Origin: a candidate division FCPU426 bacterium
Lineage (GTDB): Bacteria > Oederibacteriota > PGYV01 > Palsa-1178
DNA length: 64,000 nucleotides
Direction: 5' to 3'
NCBI GenBank assembly: GCA_963840035.1
Contig: CAWIXE010000001.1
Location: forward strand, 192,001-256,000
The position numbers and the translations under genes are program-made. The notes beneath the pieces are model-generated. The model made no database searches and had not been told where the DNA came from. It saw only the letters and a program-made list of their open reading frames with translations. Of the stretch, positions 20,836 to 31,573 are shown one piece after another. Numbering within the stretch: the first letter of the stretch is position 1; each line of letters opens with the position of its first letter.

Positions 20836-22068
20836 TTAAAACCTCATCGTATATTCCACATTTACCGGCAGGTATCCGGTTTCTGTCCAGAAGTCAGGGT
20901 AGGTTGACTGGCGGTTGAACGCATGATAGTACGACACTGCGCCCGAATATTTGAATTCCACGTCGAGCATCATGTCCTGCCCGAAATTTACGCCAAAACC
21001 CAGCCTTAATGAGGCGGCGTCAAAAAGCGTGACCGTGTTTGTCTCGGTTGAGCCTTCGATATCGAATATATGCGTGCTGGTTAAGCTGTTCTGACGCTCA
21101 TAAATGTACGCCAGCGGCGTGTAGGCGCCCCTTATGGTGAACCAGTCTGCAAAGAGCTTTGTCTCAAAGCCGGCCTGCAGATATAGATTATTTTTCCTTA
21201 TTTCGGCATTGGTCTCGATAATGCTTCCCGGGACCGCGCTGCCGGTCCTGTTGGACATGATTATGTCCCAGTCATCGTGAAGGGATATAAAATAGCTTAT
21301 GGAATTAAAGCCCCCGCAGTATGACGCGGACGCCCTGTTATACGCGGCATACATGCCGAAGAACCCGCTGTCGAACGGGTTGACAGGCAGGTCTACCACC
21401 GGGTTTATTTTTACAAAACCGCCGTTTGTGTCATTTATGAACCTTATCACGGAATCGCCGCCAATTTTTATTTCACCCAGCAGACTGAGCATGAAGTCGC
21501 CGTTTTCCAGGCCGCTGAACGTGTTAGCCGCGCTTAATACCGCGCCAAAGTCCATGCCGTCCATGGAGTAATTGACACCCAGCCGGACCCTGCCCGCCCC
21601 GCCCCTGGATGGCGACGTGGAATCGGCGTGTGTCGTGATATTCAGGTCGATCCCGGCTGAAAGTTTATCCCCTAACTTCATCCCGAAGACCGGCGTTATG
21701 TAGTTATCGAGCATATATGTTCCATCCGAGTAATCGCTGGACATTACGGTATATGACGCCCTGTATATAAGCCCCGCGCCCATGCCGCCGAAATTTCCCA
21801 TGTATGCCGCTTTGGGGACGAATGTCCAGGTAGTGGAGTCTGCCGCGCCTATTTCAGTCTGTTTGAAAAGAAAATTATCAACCCCTCCCGCGAATATGGC
21901 CTTCCCTATGAAATTAACGCGCGCCGGATTCGCGATAACGTCCATGTAAGCATCCGGCACAAGCCATGCGCTACCGAGCTGGCTGACGCGTATTTCAGAA
22001 GCACTGACCGCCGCGGTAAAAATAAAAATCAGCGCAAGAACCGTCCAAACAATAAAATTTTTCTTCAT
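20836..22068 (-). CDS. Putative outer-membrane beta-barrel protein
   Basis: Signal peptide; R...LG..NPA N-terminus; C-terminal EYTMRF. Confidence 0.65.
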   Translation of the reverse strand: MKKNFIVWTVLALIFIFTAAVSASEIRVSQLGSAWLVPDAYMDVIANPARVNFIGKAIFAGGVDNFLFKQTEIGAADSTTWTFVPKAAYMGNFGGMGAGLIYRASYTVMSSDYSDGTYMLDNYITPVFGMKLGDKLSAGIDLNITTHADSTSPSRGGAGRVRLGVNYSMDGMDFGAVLSAANTFSGLENGDFMLSLLGEIKIGGDSVIRFINDTNGGFVKINPVVDLPVNPFDSGFFGMYAAYNRASASYCGGFNSISYFISLHDDWDIIMSNRTGSAVPGSIIETNAEIRKNNLYLQAGFETKLFADWFTIRGAYTPLAYIYERQNSLTSTHIFDIEGSTETNTVTLFDAASLRLGFGVNFGQDMMLDVEFKYSGAVSYYHAFNRQSTYPDFWTETGYLPVNVEYTMRF

Positions 22069-22127
22069 TTTTCATCCCCTTTGTATTTTAATATTTCAAA
22101 AACCTTTTCTGTTCTTTGCAGGATTTC

Positions 22128-22312
22128 GTAGCCGCAGGCCTACGCCCCACCGGCCTGCGCCTATTTAAGGCCTTCCTACCCTCAAACCACCGACAGTCCC
22201 CTCGAGTGTGTGTCAATGGTTTGCGCGCCCGTGCAAACGCTGAATAGGCGCACCCCGATACAACGAATCCGTCTTCGCTAAAGCTTCGACGGACATATGG
22301 GGGTGCGACTAC
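22128..22312. repeat. GTAGTCGCA-family REPIN
   Basis: Homologous copy; its terminal GTAG supplies the TAG stop of the adjacent gene. Confidence 0.85.
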
Positions 22313-23562
22313 TTAATATCATAGACCTTTCCCAGCTCTTCGACTTTTTTCAGTTCATCCGTCCTTGCCTGTGTCAGCCAGCTTTTCCACATGGTCTCTT
22401 TCGTGCCCGGTGATAGGGCGGTAAAAAGATCCGCGCATTTATCCCTATATGGCTCCCATGTTTTTTGCACGCTTTTGATTGTTGTGTCATCTATAAGAAA
22501 TTTCATGCCGTCGATAGGTTTTGCTTTTACGGCCGCTGTAAGCGCAGCCAGTTTCTCTTCCATTTCTTTTTCAGAAAATGAAATTTCTTTTACACCTTCC
22601 GGCACAAAACCCTTTCTTATTTTTTCTAACAGATCAAAAAATGCGGTTTCCTGCTCAAACTTGGAATTCTCCTCCCAAGCGTGGTACCCCGAGCCGTCAT
22701 GCCCTTCCTCTTTTTCCGCTTTCTCCGATATGTAGGCTCTTGCTGCCTCGTAGGCCGCGGCAGCCAGGCTTCCGGTAGTTTTATCAAGGCCCGCGGCAAA
22801 TGTATTCAGCCTCTTTTTAAAATCCTTTTTTGAGACTTCCGCGGCCCTTTGTGAACACAGGGTCAATCCCGCGCCGCTTCCGGCATAGTCGCAAATATCA
22901 AACACTTTAACCACTCCGCCCTTCCAGTAGCCATAGAAATCACGCACCGCGCCGATAAACTCCGCAGGCACAAACCCGCCCCTGGAGATAAGCAGAAATG
23001 TCAGTTTCGGATCAGGTTTTCCGAACCGCCCGCCCTTTGATGCCTCTTCGGCAATCTTCCAAACACAATAAAACCCGTTAAGTTCGTCTTTTTTTATGCC
23101 ATATTTTTTTATAAAAGCCTCACCGTCAAAAGGCCCGGCTTCCACGCATTTCTTTATGGTATCAAGCTGCGCAGCCATATCAAATAACTCAATGCGGGGA
23201 TTAGCCTTCAATGCCGCGTTAAATATATCCAGCGCTTTCTGAGGGTCGGCAGCAGTCAGGCTGTCTGCCCTGAAAAGCAGCCCGTCAAGCGCATATCCCA
23301 GGGCTTCAGAATGGCCTCGTTTCGCAGCCTCTGAAAAATGATAAACACCTTCCTGCTCAGGTACTACATATTTGTAGGCAAGCGCAAAATGAGCGTCAGC
23401 ATTACCCAATTCTGCGGCTTTTAAATAAAGCGCCTTAGCCCCGGATTCATTACCCGCTTTGAAAAGTTTATCCGCGTCAGCAACAGTTTTAGCGCCGGGT
23501 TTAGCGGAACAGGATAGTAAGAACAAACACAAAAGAGCTATAATAAACCGCTCAATTTTCAT
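22309..23562 (-). CDS. Lipoprotein with Sel1-like repeat and LprI (DUF1311)-like C-terminus
   Basis: LLSC lipobox; YLKAAELGNADAHFALA; QKTW..YRD.C..LTQART. Confidence 0.6.
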   Translation of the reverse strand: MKIERFIIALLCLFLLSCSAKPGAKTVADADKLFKAGNESGAKALYLKAAELGNADAHFALAYKYVVPEQEGVYHFSEAAKRGHSEALGYALDGLLFRADSLTAADPQKALDIFNAALKANPRIELFDMAAQLDTIKKCVEAGPFDGEAFIKKYGIKKDELNGFYCVWKIAEEASKGGRFGKPDPKLTFLLISRGGFVPAEFIGAVRDFYGYWKGGVVKVFDICDYAGSGAGLTLCSQRAAEVSKKDFKKRLNTFAAGLDKTTGSLAAAAYEAARAYISEKAEKEEGHDGSGYHAWEENSKFEQETAFFDLLEKIRKGFVPEGVKEISFSEKEMEEKLAALTAAVKAKPIDGMKFLIDDTTIKSVQKTWEPYRDKCADLFTALSPGTKETMWKSWLTQARTDELKKVEELGKVYDIK

Positions 23563-23624
23563 TTTAACACATCCTTATTATAGAAATAGAATCATGAATC
23601 AGGCTCTGACGCTCTTTTTACTTT

Positions 23625-25460
23625 CTACCTCACTGCCTTTTCACTGTACTTAAATATCCTGCCTTCGCCAGCGATTATGAAGCCGTCTTCATAGTTCATC
23701 ATGGCCTGGTAGCTTCCCTTCAGCTGTTCCCTGTACACTATGCCGCCGGCGGATGTATATATGCTCAGTGACGACCTTGTGTATGATTTTTCCAGGAGCG
23801 CGAAGTATTCCTTGCCATACCTGCCGGTGAAAACAAGGCCCGCGCACTTGCGGTCGGCCCACCATTCATCGCTCCCGAGGTTTATGGCTATATGCCCCGA
23901 GTAATCAAGGACCTTGACGTTTTTTTCAGACGGCACCAGTATGAACCCCGCGCCTTTCCCGAACCACGCCGTGGGATAGAAGGTATAATCCTTTTCCACA
24001 AGCTCGGCGGTATTTATAGCCGTTCCGTTTGTTTCGCTCAGGACAAGTTTTCCGCTGTCGTTTTTATAAAGCAGCGCGTTTGTCTTCCCGTATCTGACTA
24101 TGTAAACCCTGCCTATGGCTTTGGCTTTTATGCTGTCATACTTAGCCCCGTCCGCGGTAAAAAAATCTATCCTGCCGTACTTCTCGTAATTTATGGCAAG
24201 CTCCTGCTTCCCGTCCCCGTTCAGGTCTCCCCATGAGGCAAAGGCTGTCGTGTCCGCATCATTCCTGACCGAGAACTTCTTCTTCCCTGATGCCGACATT
24301 ATCACGATGAATTTTTCACGGGTGGAATTTTTTATGAATTCCGGATAGCCGTCGTTATCTAGGTCGGTGATCAGCACCGGAAGGCACATTTTATCAAAAT
24401 ACGCGCTTATGGATTCTGTTTTCAATCCCTTGCTGATAAAATACGCGTGTTCGTTTGAGGTGAGCACCAGCGCTTCGTGTCCGGTGCCCTTGCCCACTAG
24501 TGCCATGTCAAATACCAGGTCCAGATACTCATCCTGCCATATCTGCTGCTTTTTGAACTTATCCCCGCCGGTTGACGCCCCGTAATCGCTGCACTCGGAT
24601 ATGACCTTGCTGGCCTGCGCGGGAAAACCCTTCTTTGAGTACAGATACCCTGCCGCGCCTGCCACAGAAGCGGCTACAGCGGCAACAGCTATAAGCACAA
24701 GGCATCCGACCCCGTAATTGGCCCCGGTTATCTTCTTTGCCGTATCACGGCTTTTTAAAACCGACATCCGGGCTTTCCGCAGCTCGGTATACATACCCGC
24801 CATAAATGTCATGATAGCTCCCTGCGCCGGGGCATAAAGCAGCAAAAGCCCGAGCTGTATAATAACCGCGGATTTTGAATGTATGGTTAAAAATAAGACT
24901 GCCTCAAATAAAACCATGGGAATAAATATGAGCCCGACAGCCTGGAGCATTTTGCCAAAATTGCCCTTTATTATTTCCAGGCTGAAAACGATAGGACGTG
25001 TCCCGTTTTTTTCGACCATGACAGCCATACCCACAAACATCATGGCGAACATAAAGTATAACCCGGGCAAAATCAAAAGTATCAACCCGCCAAGCATGAG
25101 CAGCCCGGCCAGCCCGCTTGACACAAAAAACTTGAATATCTTCCGTAATCCTTCCCTGAACACTAAGGCCAGGTCTATACCGTCCCCATTATATGCCAGA
25201 TAACATGCATAAGTCTGGACCGCCGCAAGGTATATTATAAGCGGAATAATCAGCAAATAAGCCGCAGGAAACCATCTGAGCCAAGAATAAGCCCCGGAAG
25301 CCCTGACAGCAAGGATGGCACCATAGGGGATGGATGAGATGATAAATATGAGAAGCGTAATGAAAAAAACCGGCAAAAAATTGTCCGCATATCGCGCCAT
25401 GCTTTGTTTTAATATCCTGGCAACACTTATCTTATTCTTCCCCGGCCTTTTATTTGGCAT
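23625..25460 (-). CDS. Multi-TM membrane protein with FG-GAP-like periplasmic domain
   Basis: TM domain containing LLILPGLY; DLDNDGYPE and GDLNGDGKQEL repeats. Confidence 0.65.
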   Translation of the reverse strand: MPNKRPGKNKISVARILKQSMARYADNFLPVFFITLLIFIISSIPYGAILAVRASGAYSWLRWFPAAYLLIIPLIIYLAAVQTYACYLAYNGDGIDLALVFREGLRKIFKFFVSSGLAGLLMLGGLILLILPGLYFMFAMMFVGMAVMVEKNGTRPIVFSLEIIKGNFGKMLQAVGLIFIPMVLFEAVLFLTIHSKSAVIIQLGLLLLYAPAQGAIMTFMAGMYTELRKARMSVLKSRDTAKKITGANYGVGCLVLIAVAAVAASVAGAAGYLYSKKGFPAQASKVISECSDYGASTGGDKFKKQQIWQDEYLDLVFDMALVGKGTGHEALVLTSNEHAYFISKGLKTESISAYFDKMCLPVLITDLDNDGYPEFIKNSTREKFIVIMSASGKKKFSVRNDADTTAFASWGDLNGDGKQELAINYEKYGRIDFFTADGAKYDSIKAKAIGRVYIVRYGKTNALLYKNDSGKLVLSETNGTAINTAELVEKDYTFYPTAWFGKGAGFILVPSEKNVKVLDYSGHIAINLGSDEWWADRKCAGLVFTGRYGKEYFALLEKSYTRSSLSIYTSAGGIVYREQLKGSYQAMMNYEDGFIIAGEGRIFKYSEKAVR

Positions 25461-25556
25461 AAATCCCCCTTGTTATAATTATACTCCCTCATAGGATCAT
25501 GAATCAGGCTCTGACCCATTTTTCACTTTTCTTCTTTCAAGCCCCGCCCCTGTATT

Positions 25557-26234
25557 TTATTTTGCCCACGCGTCAAACAAAACTCCGGCTTCGATGTAAA
25601 GCCCTGAAAAATCGCCGTTGTACACCCCAAGCCTTGCGAGTTTAAAGCCTGCAGTGACGTCTAAGCCTATGGATTTGTTGAACCAGTAATCATACCCCGC
25701 TTCCAGATATACGCAGTAGTATGCGTCGTTGAAATAATGTGAATGCGTTGATTGGTCAAATTTAATATTCCCGTTATTTATTATTTCATAACCCAACCTC
25801 GCTCCCGCATAAAACACGGCAGAGTATTTTTCACTCGGGACGCCGAAATAATATCTTGCGCCTGCGTATATATCATATTGGTTAAGGTTCGCGGTGTAGC
25901 CAACACCGTTACCCGCCATTCCATGCCTGCCATCAATCAAGTATCCCGCGCCGAGCATTGCTCCCCATCCGTTGGGGAAATACAGGCAATAATTCAAAGC
26001 TACCGGAAATACCGGCAGTACATAATCCAGGGACCAAACATCTGCTGTCATGTGCATTGTGTTTATCATACTTATTAACCCGTCGCCCGTCGGTAACATG
26101 GCCCCGGCTTTGATTTCAAACCAGCCTTTTCCCGAATCCCCGCCAACCCCCGCTGCTGACATCATGAAAGTACAAATAAGCATAACAACAGCAATCTTTA
26201 TTATTTTTCTTTGTCCCATTTTACCCCTTTCCAT
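25557..26234 (-). CDS. Small outer-membrane beta-barrel protein
   Basis: Signal peptide; GARYYF, EAGYDYW, GLYIEAGV strands. Confidence 0.65.
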   Translation of the reverse strand: MERGKMGQRKIIKIAVVMLICTFMMSAAGVGGDSGKGWFEIKAGAMLPTGDGLISMINTMHMTADVWSLDYVLPVFPVALNYCLYFPNGWGAMLGAGYLIDGRHGMAGNGVGYTANLNQYDIYAGARYYFGVPSEKYSAVFYAGARLGYEIINNGNIKFDQSTHSHYFNDAYYCVYLEAGYDYWFNKSIGLDVTAGFKLARLGVYNGDFSGLYIEAGVLFDAWAK

Positions 26235-26319
26235 CAGCCCCCCTAATTACAGACTGTTACCAGACCTCGAGTTTATAATCCCGCTTTATCAGCAGGGTAG
26301 AACACAGGCATTAGAATCA

Positions 26320-26471
26320 CAACACCGCGCCTTGACTCAAGACATTATAACAAAAACACCATTATTTTATTAGCGTTTTGCTTATAACTGCGTATTTGTA
26401 AACAAATACTGTATGTTCTATATTTTATTGGCGTTTATTCTTATAATGCCTTGAGTCAAGGCACGGTGTTG
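26320..26471. repeat. MITE-like element with 31-bp terminal inverted repeats
   Basis: caacaccgcgccttgactcaagacattataa / ttataatgccttgagtcaaggcacggtgttg, 29/31 matching. Confidence 0.75.
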
Positions 26472-26628
26472 GGATCCTAGGTATTCACTCCCTCAACCGC
26501 CGACAGCCCCCTCGAGGGTGTATCAATAGTTCGCGCACAGGCAATCCGTGAATAGGCGCACCCCGATACAGCGAAGGGGTGCGACTACGGAATTCATCAG
26601 GTAACAGGTCAAGCCCTGAGCCCGTTTT

Positions 26629-28104
26629 TTATTGCCGCATTGAATATTCCAGAATCCCGCCTTTTCCATCACCAATAAGTAGTACCTCATAATTTTCTCT
26701 TTGCACGGAACAAATGGCAAAGTTATAATCAATAATTTCCTGATAAACAAGCTTGTTCTTTGTCGAAAATATTGACAACATTGTTTTGCCAACAACGCCT
26801 GATGTATGGGCCAGTACTGCAAGATACGGTTCCGCATTGTATTTGAATTTTACACTTACAGCCTGTGGATCATGATATAGGGGAAATTTTTCAAGCGCAT
26901 ACAAACCCAAAGTATTACCCTGCATGTCGATTATTCCTATTCCGTTTCCGAAGTAACCTGTTGCAATGTTTTCGCCAGTTGGCCAATTAACAATCGAAAA
27001 ACTACTTCTGTAGTGCCGGAATTGTTTCTCAGACAATACTTTTCCGGCGTAGTTAACAGTAATTGCCTTTCCTTTTGTATTCATAGCCAATATTTTATTA
27101 TCCTTAGTAATACCGAGGTCCATTATCTCTTCGCTTGTTAATTTCCACTTTTCTTTTCCGCCTGCATCCAGCTGGATAATACCTGTTTTATCCGCAACAT
27201 AGTACTCATCAATTCCGTCGTTATTCAGGTCTCCTGCGATCATTTTGTTTGGTGGAAGGTCTGATTTTTTATATATCCAGAGTTGTTCACCGGTTGAATT
27301 ACACAATCCAACATCACCAAATCCGCCGCCGCCCAACAACACATTAAAATCCCCGTTTTTTTTCATTCCTGTAATACTCTTTCCCATAATCCCGCCATTG
27401 AATGATTTACTGGAAATTTCGGCATAATTGGCGGCTGAAATAAAGCTGGCCCCCTTGACGCCAAAAATTGCTAAACGGCCCGGCTTAAACGTCCCTGCTA
27501 TTTGAATTGCCTGAACGGGTCCAAATTTTGAAGTATATACTGCTTTTTTTATAATTGATCCGTCATCAATTCGCACCCTGTTTTGAGGGTCCGATACCTC
27601 AATTTCATACATTATCTTTGGAACAATCGTATATAGATACAAACAAAACGGAATTATTGAAACCAATAATACAATCACTCCCGCCGATATTTTTTTGTTA
27701 CCATTCTTTCGGAGTATCTTTACAATTCCCCATGCAATTAAAGCAAGTATCGCCGTTATAGCAGGAACGTATATAAAAGTAGTCGGATATAGATCCATCA
27801 AGTAAGTCAATATCCACGTGGAGTTTTCCGCCGTTGTCGTTGTCCCAAAAGCCTCAATCGAATTATAAAGCACCGGAATTATTGCTGCCTTTAAAAAAAT
27901 CGACCAGTAATTATCTGCATTTTCTTTCTTTTTCCCATTTTTCTTTGCAATTATCCAATTAAAAATTAATACAATGGCAAATAACGTATTAATAATAACA
28001 AAAAATCGCATAGGCATTTTGACCTGCATGTATCTTGCAAGGAAAATAGTGGAAATCGTATAAATTACTTCAATTATTACGGATACTATTAAAAGTGTTT
28101 TCAT
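26629..28104 (-). CDS. Membrane protein with beta-propeller/FG-GAP-like domain
   Basis: About five N-terminal TM helices; GDLNNDGIDEY; AT-rich. Confidence 0.6.
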   Translation of the reverse strand: MKTLLIVSVIIEVIYTISTIFLARYMQVKMPMRFFVIINTLFAIVLIFNWIIAKKNGKKKENADNYWSIFLKAAIIPVLYNSIEAFGTTTTAENSTWILTYLMDLYPTTFIYVPAITAILALIAWGIVKILRKNGNKKISAGVIVLLVSIIPFCLYLYTIVPKIMYEIEVSDPQNRVRIDDGSIIKKAVYTSKFGPVQAIQIAGTFKPGRLAIFGVKGASFISAANYAEISSKSFNGGIMGKSITGMKKNGDFNVLLGGGGFGDVGLCNSTGEQLWIYKKSDLPPNKMIAGDLNNDGIDEYYVADKTGIIQLDAGGKEKWKLTSEEIMDLGITKDNKILAMNTKGKAITVNYAGKVLSEKQFRHYRSSFSIVNWPTGENIATGYFGNGIGIIDMQGNTLGLYALEKFPLYHDPQAVSVKFKYNAEPYLAVLAHTSGVVGKTMLSIFSTKNKLVYQEIIDYNFAICSVQRENYEVLLIGDGKGGILEYSMRQ

Positions 28105-28152
28105 AAGCCTCCTTGTAATAAGTTCCCTGAATCCTGAACATGTCGAAATATG

Positions 28153-29145
28153 CTAATGGTACCTATCCAAATACCCCACAACCTTCTCCACCATCTCCGG
28201 CGGCGACGCGGCCAGCCTGCCCGGGTCGGTTAGGGATGTGATTTCGTAGAGCATGAAAACCAAAAAGTTGTTGTCGTCCGCTATCCTCTTTAATACCGGG
28301 TCTTTGTCTGACTTGCCGGTTTTGGCTATCAGGGCTTCTGCTTCCTCTATGTAGTATAGCGTTCCTTTGTCCGTGCCGGCGTTGTGCTTTGCCGCGTAAC
28401 CGGGCTCGAAACGCCATAAGGCTTTGTCCATGCCGTAGCCTAACCAATCCTTGGTCACTGTTATGGTCACGGTATCCTTGTCCTTTTTCGTTATCTCACA
28501 CTGGGGAATATAAGTCCAGTCCTTCCACGGCTGCCCGACGCTGTCCCGGTAATAAACCATCACCTTTTTAAGTTCCGGGTGGTTCCTGTTTAAAACATGC
28601 GCGACAGTTATCTCATGAGCGGCCTGTTTCTGCTCCTTCATAGCCCAGAGAGCGTCCGCCAGAAACCAGTGCCCCTGATAATTGCAGTAATTGACCTCTG
28701 TTTCCTTTGTAAAATAATTAACAGCGTTCTTAAAGTCCTTCATCATGTAATAAGCATCCCCGATAAAGTTATATATGGGAAGAAAAGAAGGAGCCAATTT
28801 CCGAGTCTCCTGATAATACCCGATAGCCGCCTCATAATCCTTATCAAAAAAAGCCTTCTCCCCCCGCTCAAAAGCCGCGTTACCCGCCCCCTCGAGCTTC
28901 CCCACCCCATAACTAACCGCCCCGGTCTTCGAAGTAACCTGCTGAATATACCCGGAAAGCCGAACAACCTCAGGAGGCTTAACAAAATCAGCTTCCTTTA
29001 AATTAATTTCATACGCAATTTTCGAGTCTATCCCCGCCTGAAAGACCTGCGCAGCTTCAAAAATCTCAGCCTCGCCGGTGACGGCAAGGGATAGGGGGAT
29101 GAGGGAGAGGGTTAGGAAGGAAAGGATTAGTAGAACTTTTTTCAT
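28153..29145 (-). CDS. Secreted TPR-repeat protein
   Basis: Signal peptide; AFERGEKAF..YEAAI..Y, IGDAYY..AVNYF. Confidence 0.75.
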   Translation of the reverse strand: MKKVLLILSFLTLSLIPLSLAVTGEAEIFEAAQVFQAGIDSKIAYEINLKEADFVKPPEVVRLSGYIQQVTSKTGAVSYGVGKLEGAGNAAFERGEKAFFDKDYEAAIGYYQETRKLAPSFLPIYNFIGDAYYMMKDFKNAVNYFTKETEVNYCNYQGHWFLADALWAMKEQKQAAHEITVAHVLNRNHPELKKVMVYYRDSVGQPWKDWTYIPQCEITKKDKDTVTITVTKDWLGYGMDKALWRFEPGYAAKHNAGTDKGTLYYIEEAEALIAKTGKSDKDPVLKRIADDNNFLVFMLYEITSLTDPGRLAASPPEMVEKVVGYLDRYH

Positions 29146-29262
29146 GTTGCCTCCGATGCAGGATGAAATAGAGCCGTAATTACGGTTCTAATGCCTTTTA
29201 CTTTTTTGTCACATCTTTATTATAAAAATAAAATCACGAATTGGGATGTTAAACTTTTAGTT

Positions 29263-31512
29263 CTATTGCAAAGTTTTAAACATATAATCAATTAAATGAG
29301 CATCGTTTTCTGTCAATTCATCTGATTCATCAGAGTAATCATCTTCATCTGGCTGTTGATCTTCGTCATCTGGTTCTGATTGTATTAAGTTTCTTAAATC
29401 ATCATATGCTTTATCTAAATCAATCGGCAATATTTCATTTATGACTTTGATTTTAGCAAGTGCTTCCTCAATAAAATAGTTATCTTCACCAACAAGTTCC
29501 GATGTTTTGACTGATACGATTTTATATAATTCTCTTTTAAAATCAACATTATCTAACTTTGTAATAAATTTTGGTTTATTAAATATTTCTAATTTTAAAA
29601 GTTCGGCAAGTGCATTTGTGTCGTCTAAATCATTTACAGAATTTACAAAATATTCAAAGATTTTTTCTATATCTATTACTACTTTGTTATTTAAAATATC
29701 AAGTATATCCACAAATGACTTTTTATCATCAAATTCAACTAGATCCATCAAAGCAATGTGATTTAATTCACGATTAATAAATTCAACTATTCTAGAATTA
29801 TTCGATCCGAAAAATTTAGTAATAAAGTACAGTCTCTGAATGTTTGATGTTTTTATCTCTTGAAAATAAAACCGTTCTAAATCACTGTAAAATATCTTTC
29901 TGGAACTTGAATCTAATAAAGATGAATATTTTTTTGATATGTTTTCAAAAAAAATATTCTGTAAATTATCATTTAATAAAATAACTTCTGAATATTTTTG
30001 CTTCTTTACTGCAAAAACATCAAAAAATTGATCAATAAATAGAAATGACTTAGCGAGTTTTGTTATAATCTGTTCATTGTTCCTTAAATAATTAATTAAA
30101 AAGTCTTTAACAGATGGATTTGCATAATCAATTAATTGTTTGTGTGAGTAATCTTTTATTGTAGAGATAAATGTACTTTCTAACTCTTTTATTGAACTTT
30201 TTAAAACTATTGAGTCGATATCATATCCAAGAAAGGAATTTATAGCTAGTTCAAGTTTATCAATTAAAATTGGTTCATTCATTGTGGCCATGACCAATAA
30301 CAAACTACGAGAAATTTGACTTATTTGATTTTCAAATGCATGTTGCCAAATTTTAACGGGGTTATTTAGGTTGTTTATAAAAGAATCAAAAATTGAAAAT
30401 CCAGAAACCTCTGCATTAAAATCCTTTGTAATATACTCTATTACTCTTGGATTGTAACTTTTGTGATTTATAATTTGGTTATATTTTTTTTCAAACAAAA
30501 GCACGTTTATATCACTATCTTTAATTGAATTATAATATAAGTGGTTATACAAGATTTTTCCTTTTACAAGCTTTGTATATTTTGAAACATCAACAACACA
30601 TTTGCTTTCATCGATATTATCAAAAATTTCGTATTTGGTTTTTGCTTGCTTCAAAATATATTCTCTTGTCGTCATTATTAATCGTTTATTTGGATCTCTT
30701 TTAATCATCTCAATAAAATTAATTAAGCGTTGATCTTCATTCTTATTTAGTCCTTCTTGTAAAAAATTTCTTCCCAAAAAATCATCGTAATAGAATACTT
30801 GTTTTTTTAATTTAGAATATATTTTTTCAGCTTCATTAATGTCTTGAGAAATTTCAAAAACTTCATAATCATCATTCAAATAATGAAATAAGAGAATTTC
30901 TGCTAATGTTGTTTTTCCAATACCAGGAATTCCAGATATAATTACATAACCATTATTCTTTAATGATTCAAGAGCTTCATTAAAGCTCCTACTTTTTACA
31001 CATAACAATATTTTTTTCTTCAAGCGCTCTATATTACCGTACGACCGAACGAATATGTCGTTATTCAAAAGCATTTCTAAAACAGATATGCTAGTTAACC
31101 ATAATTTAAAATGTTGTTTTTCAATTTCTTTGTATTTCCCAAGTAAATTGTTTAAATCATTTTTACCAATTATTTGACTTGTTAACCTGATATATTTTCC
31201 AAATATTTTCTGTATTTCTTTCTTGTTTTTTAATGTTAGCGAAACGGATGTAGCAATAATATATTTTTTTGGATTAAGTTTTTTAATTTTAGGATATTCT
31301 TTTTTTAAATCTCGTTTTAAATTTGAAAAATTCCTATACCTTTTACATTGAACAATTATATCTCCTTTTAATTTATGATGCCATAAATCAACCCCTTCGT
31401 CTGGACCTTCAGGAAAACTTTCAAAATCAACTTTCATTTTTTTTTGCAATAAATCCCTTACTAATTCTTCAAATTCAAAAGGCGAAATATTATTAAAATC
31501 GTAATTTGACAT
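29263..31512 (-). CDS. Mrr-like restriction endonuclease fused to a STAND (nSTAND3-like) NTPase; putative anti-phage protein
   Basis: FEELVRDLL..D.GVD..VQCKRY; Walker A GIPGIGKTT; Walker B YYDDFLG; MTTREYI; YNPRVIE. Confidence 0.85.
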   Translation of the reverse strand: MSNYDFNNISPFEFEELVRDLLQKKMKVDFESFPEGPDEGVDLWHHKLKGDIIVQCKRYRNFSNLKRDLKKEYPKIKKLNPKKYIIATSVSLTLKNKKEIQKIFGKYIRLTSQIIGKNDLNNLLGKYKEIEKQHFKLWLTSISVLEMLLNNDIFVRSYGNIERLKKKILLCVKSRSFNEALESLKNNGYVIISGIPGIGKTTLAEILLFHYLNDDYEVFEISQDINEAEKIYSKLKKQVFYYDDFLGRNFLQEGLNKNEDQRLINFIEMIKRDPNKRLIMTTREYILKQAKTKYEIFDNIDESKCVVDVSKYTKLVKGKILYNHLYYNSIKDSDINVLLFEKKYNQIINHKSYNPRVIEYITKDFNAEVSGFSIFDSFINNLNNPVKIWQHAFENQISQISRSLLLVMATMNEPILIDKLELAINSFLGYDIDSIVLKSSIKELESTFISTIKDYSHKQLIDYANPSVKDFLINYLRNNEQIITKLAKSFLFIDQFFDVFAVKKQKYSEVILLNDNLQNIFFENISKKYSSLLDSSSRKIFYSDLERFYFQEIKTSNIQRLYFITKFFGSNNSRIVEFINRELNHIALMDLVEFDDKKSFVDILDILNNKVVIDIEKIFEYFVNSVNDLDDTNALAELLKLEIFNKPKFITKLDNVDFKRELYKIVSVKTSELVGEDNYFIEEALAKIKVINEILPIDLDKAYDDLRNLIQSEPDDEDQQPDEDDYSDESDELTENDAHLIDYMFKTLQ

Positions 31513-31573
31513 TTTTACCTCACAAATTTAAATTATGTTTCAATCCATACATTTAATTATCTATTTGATGATA

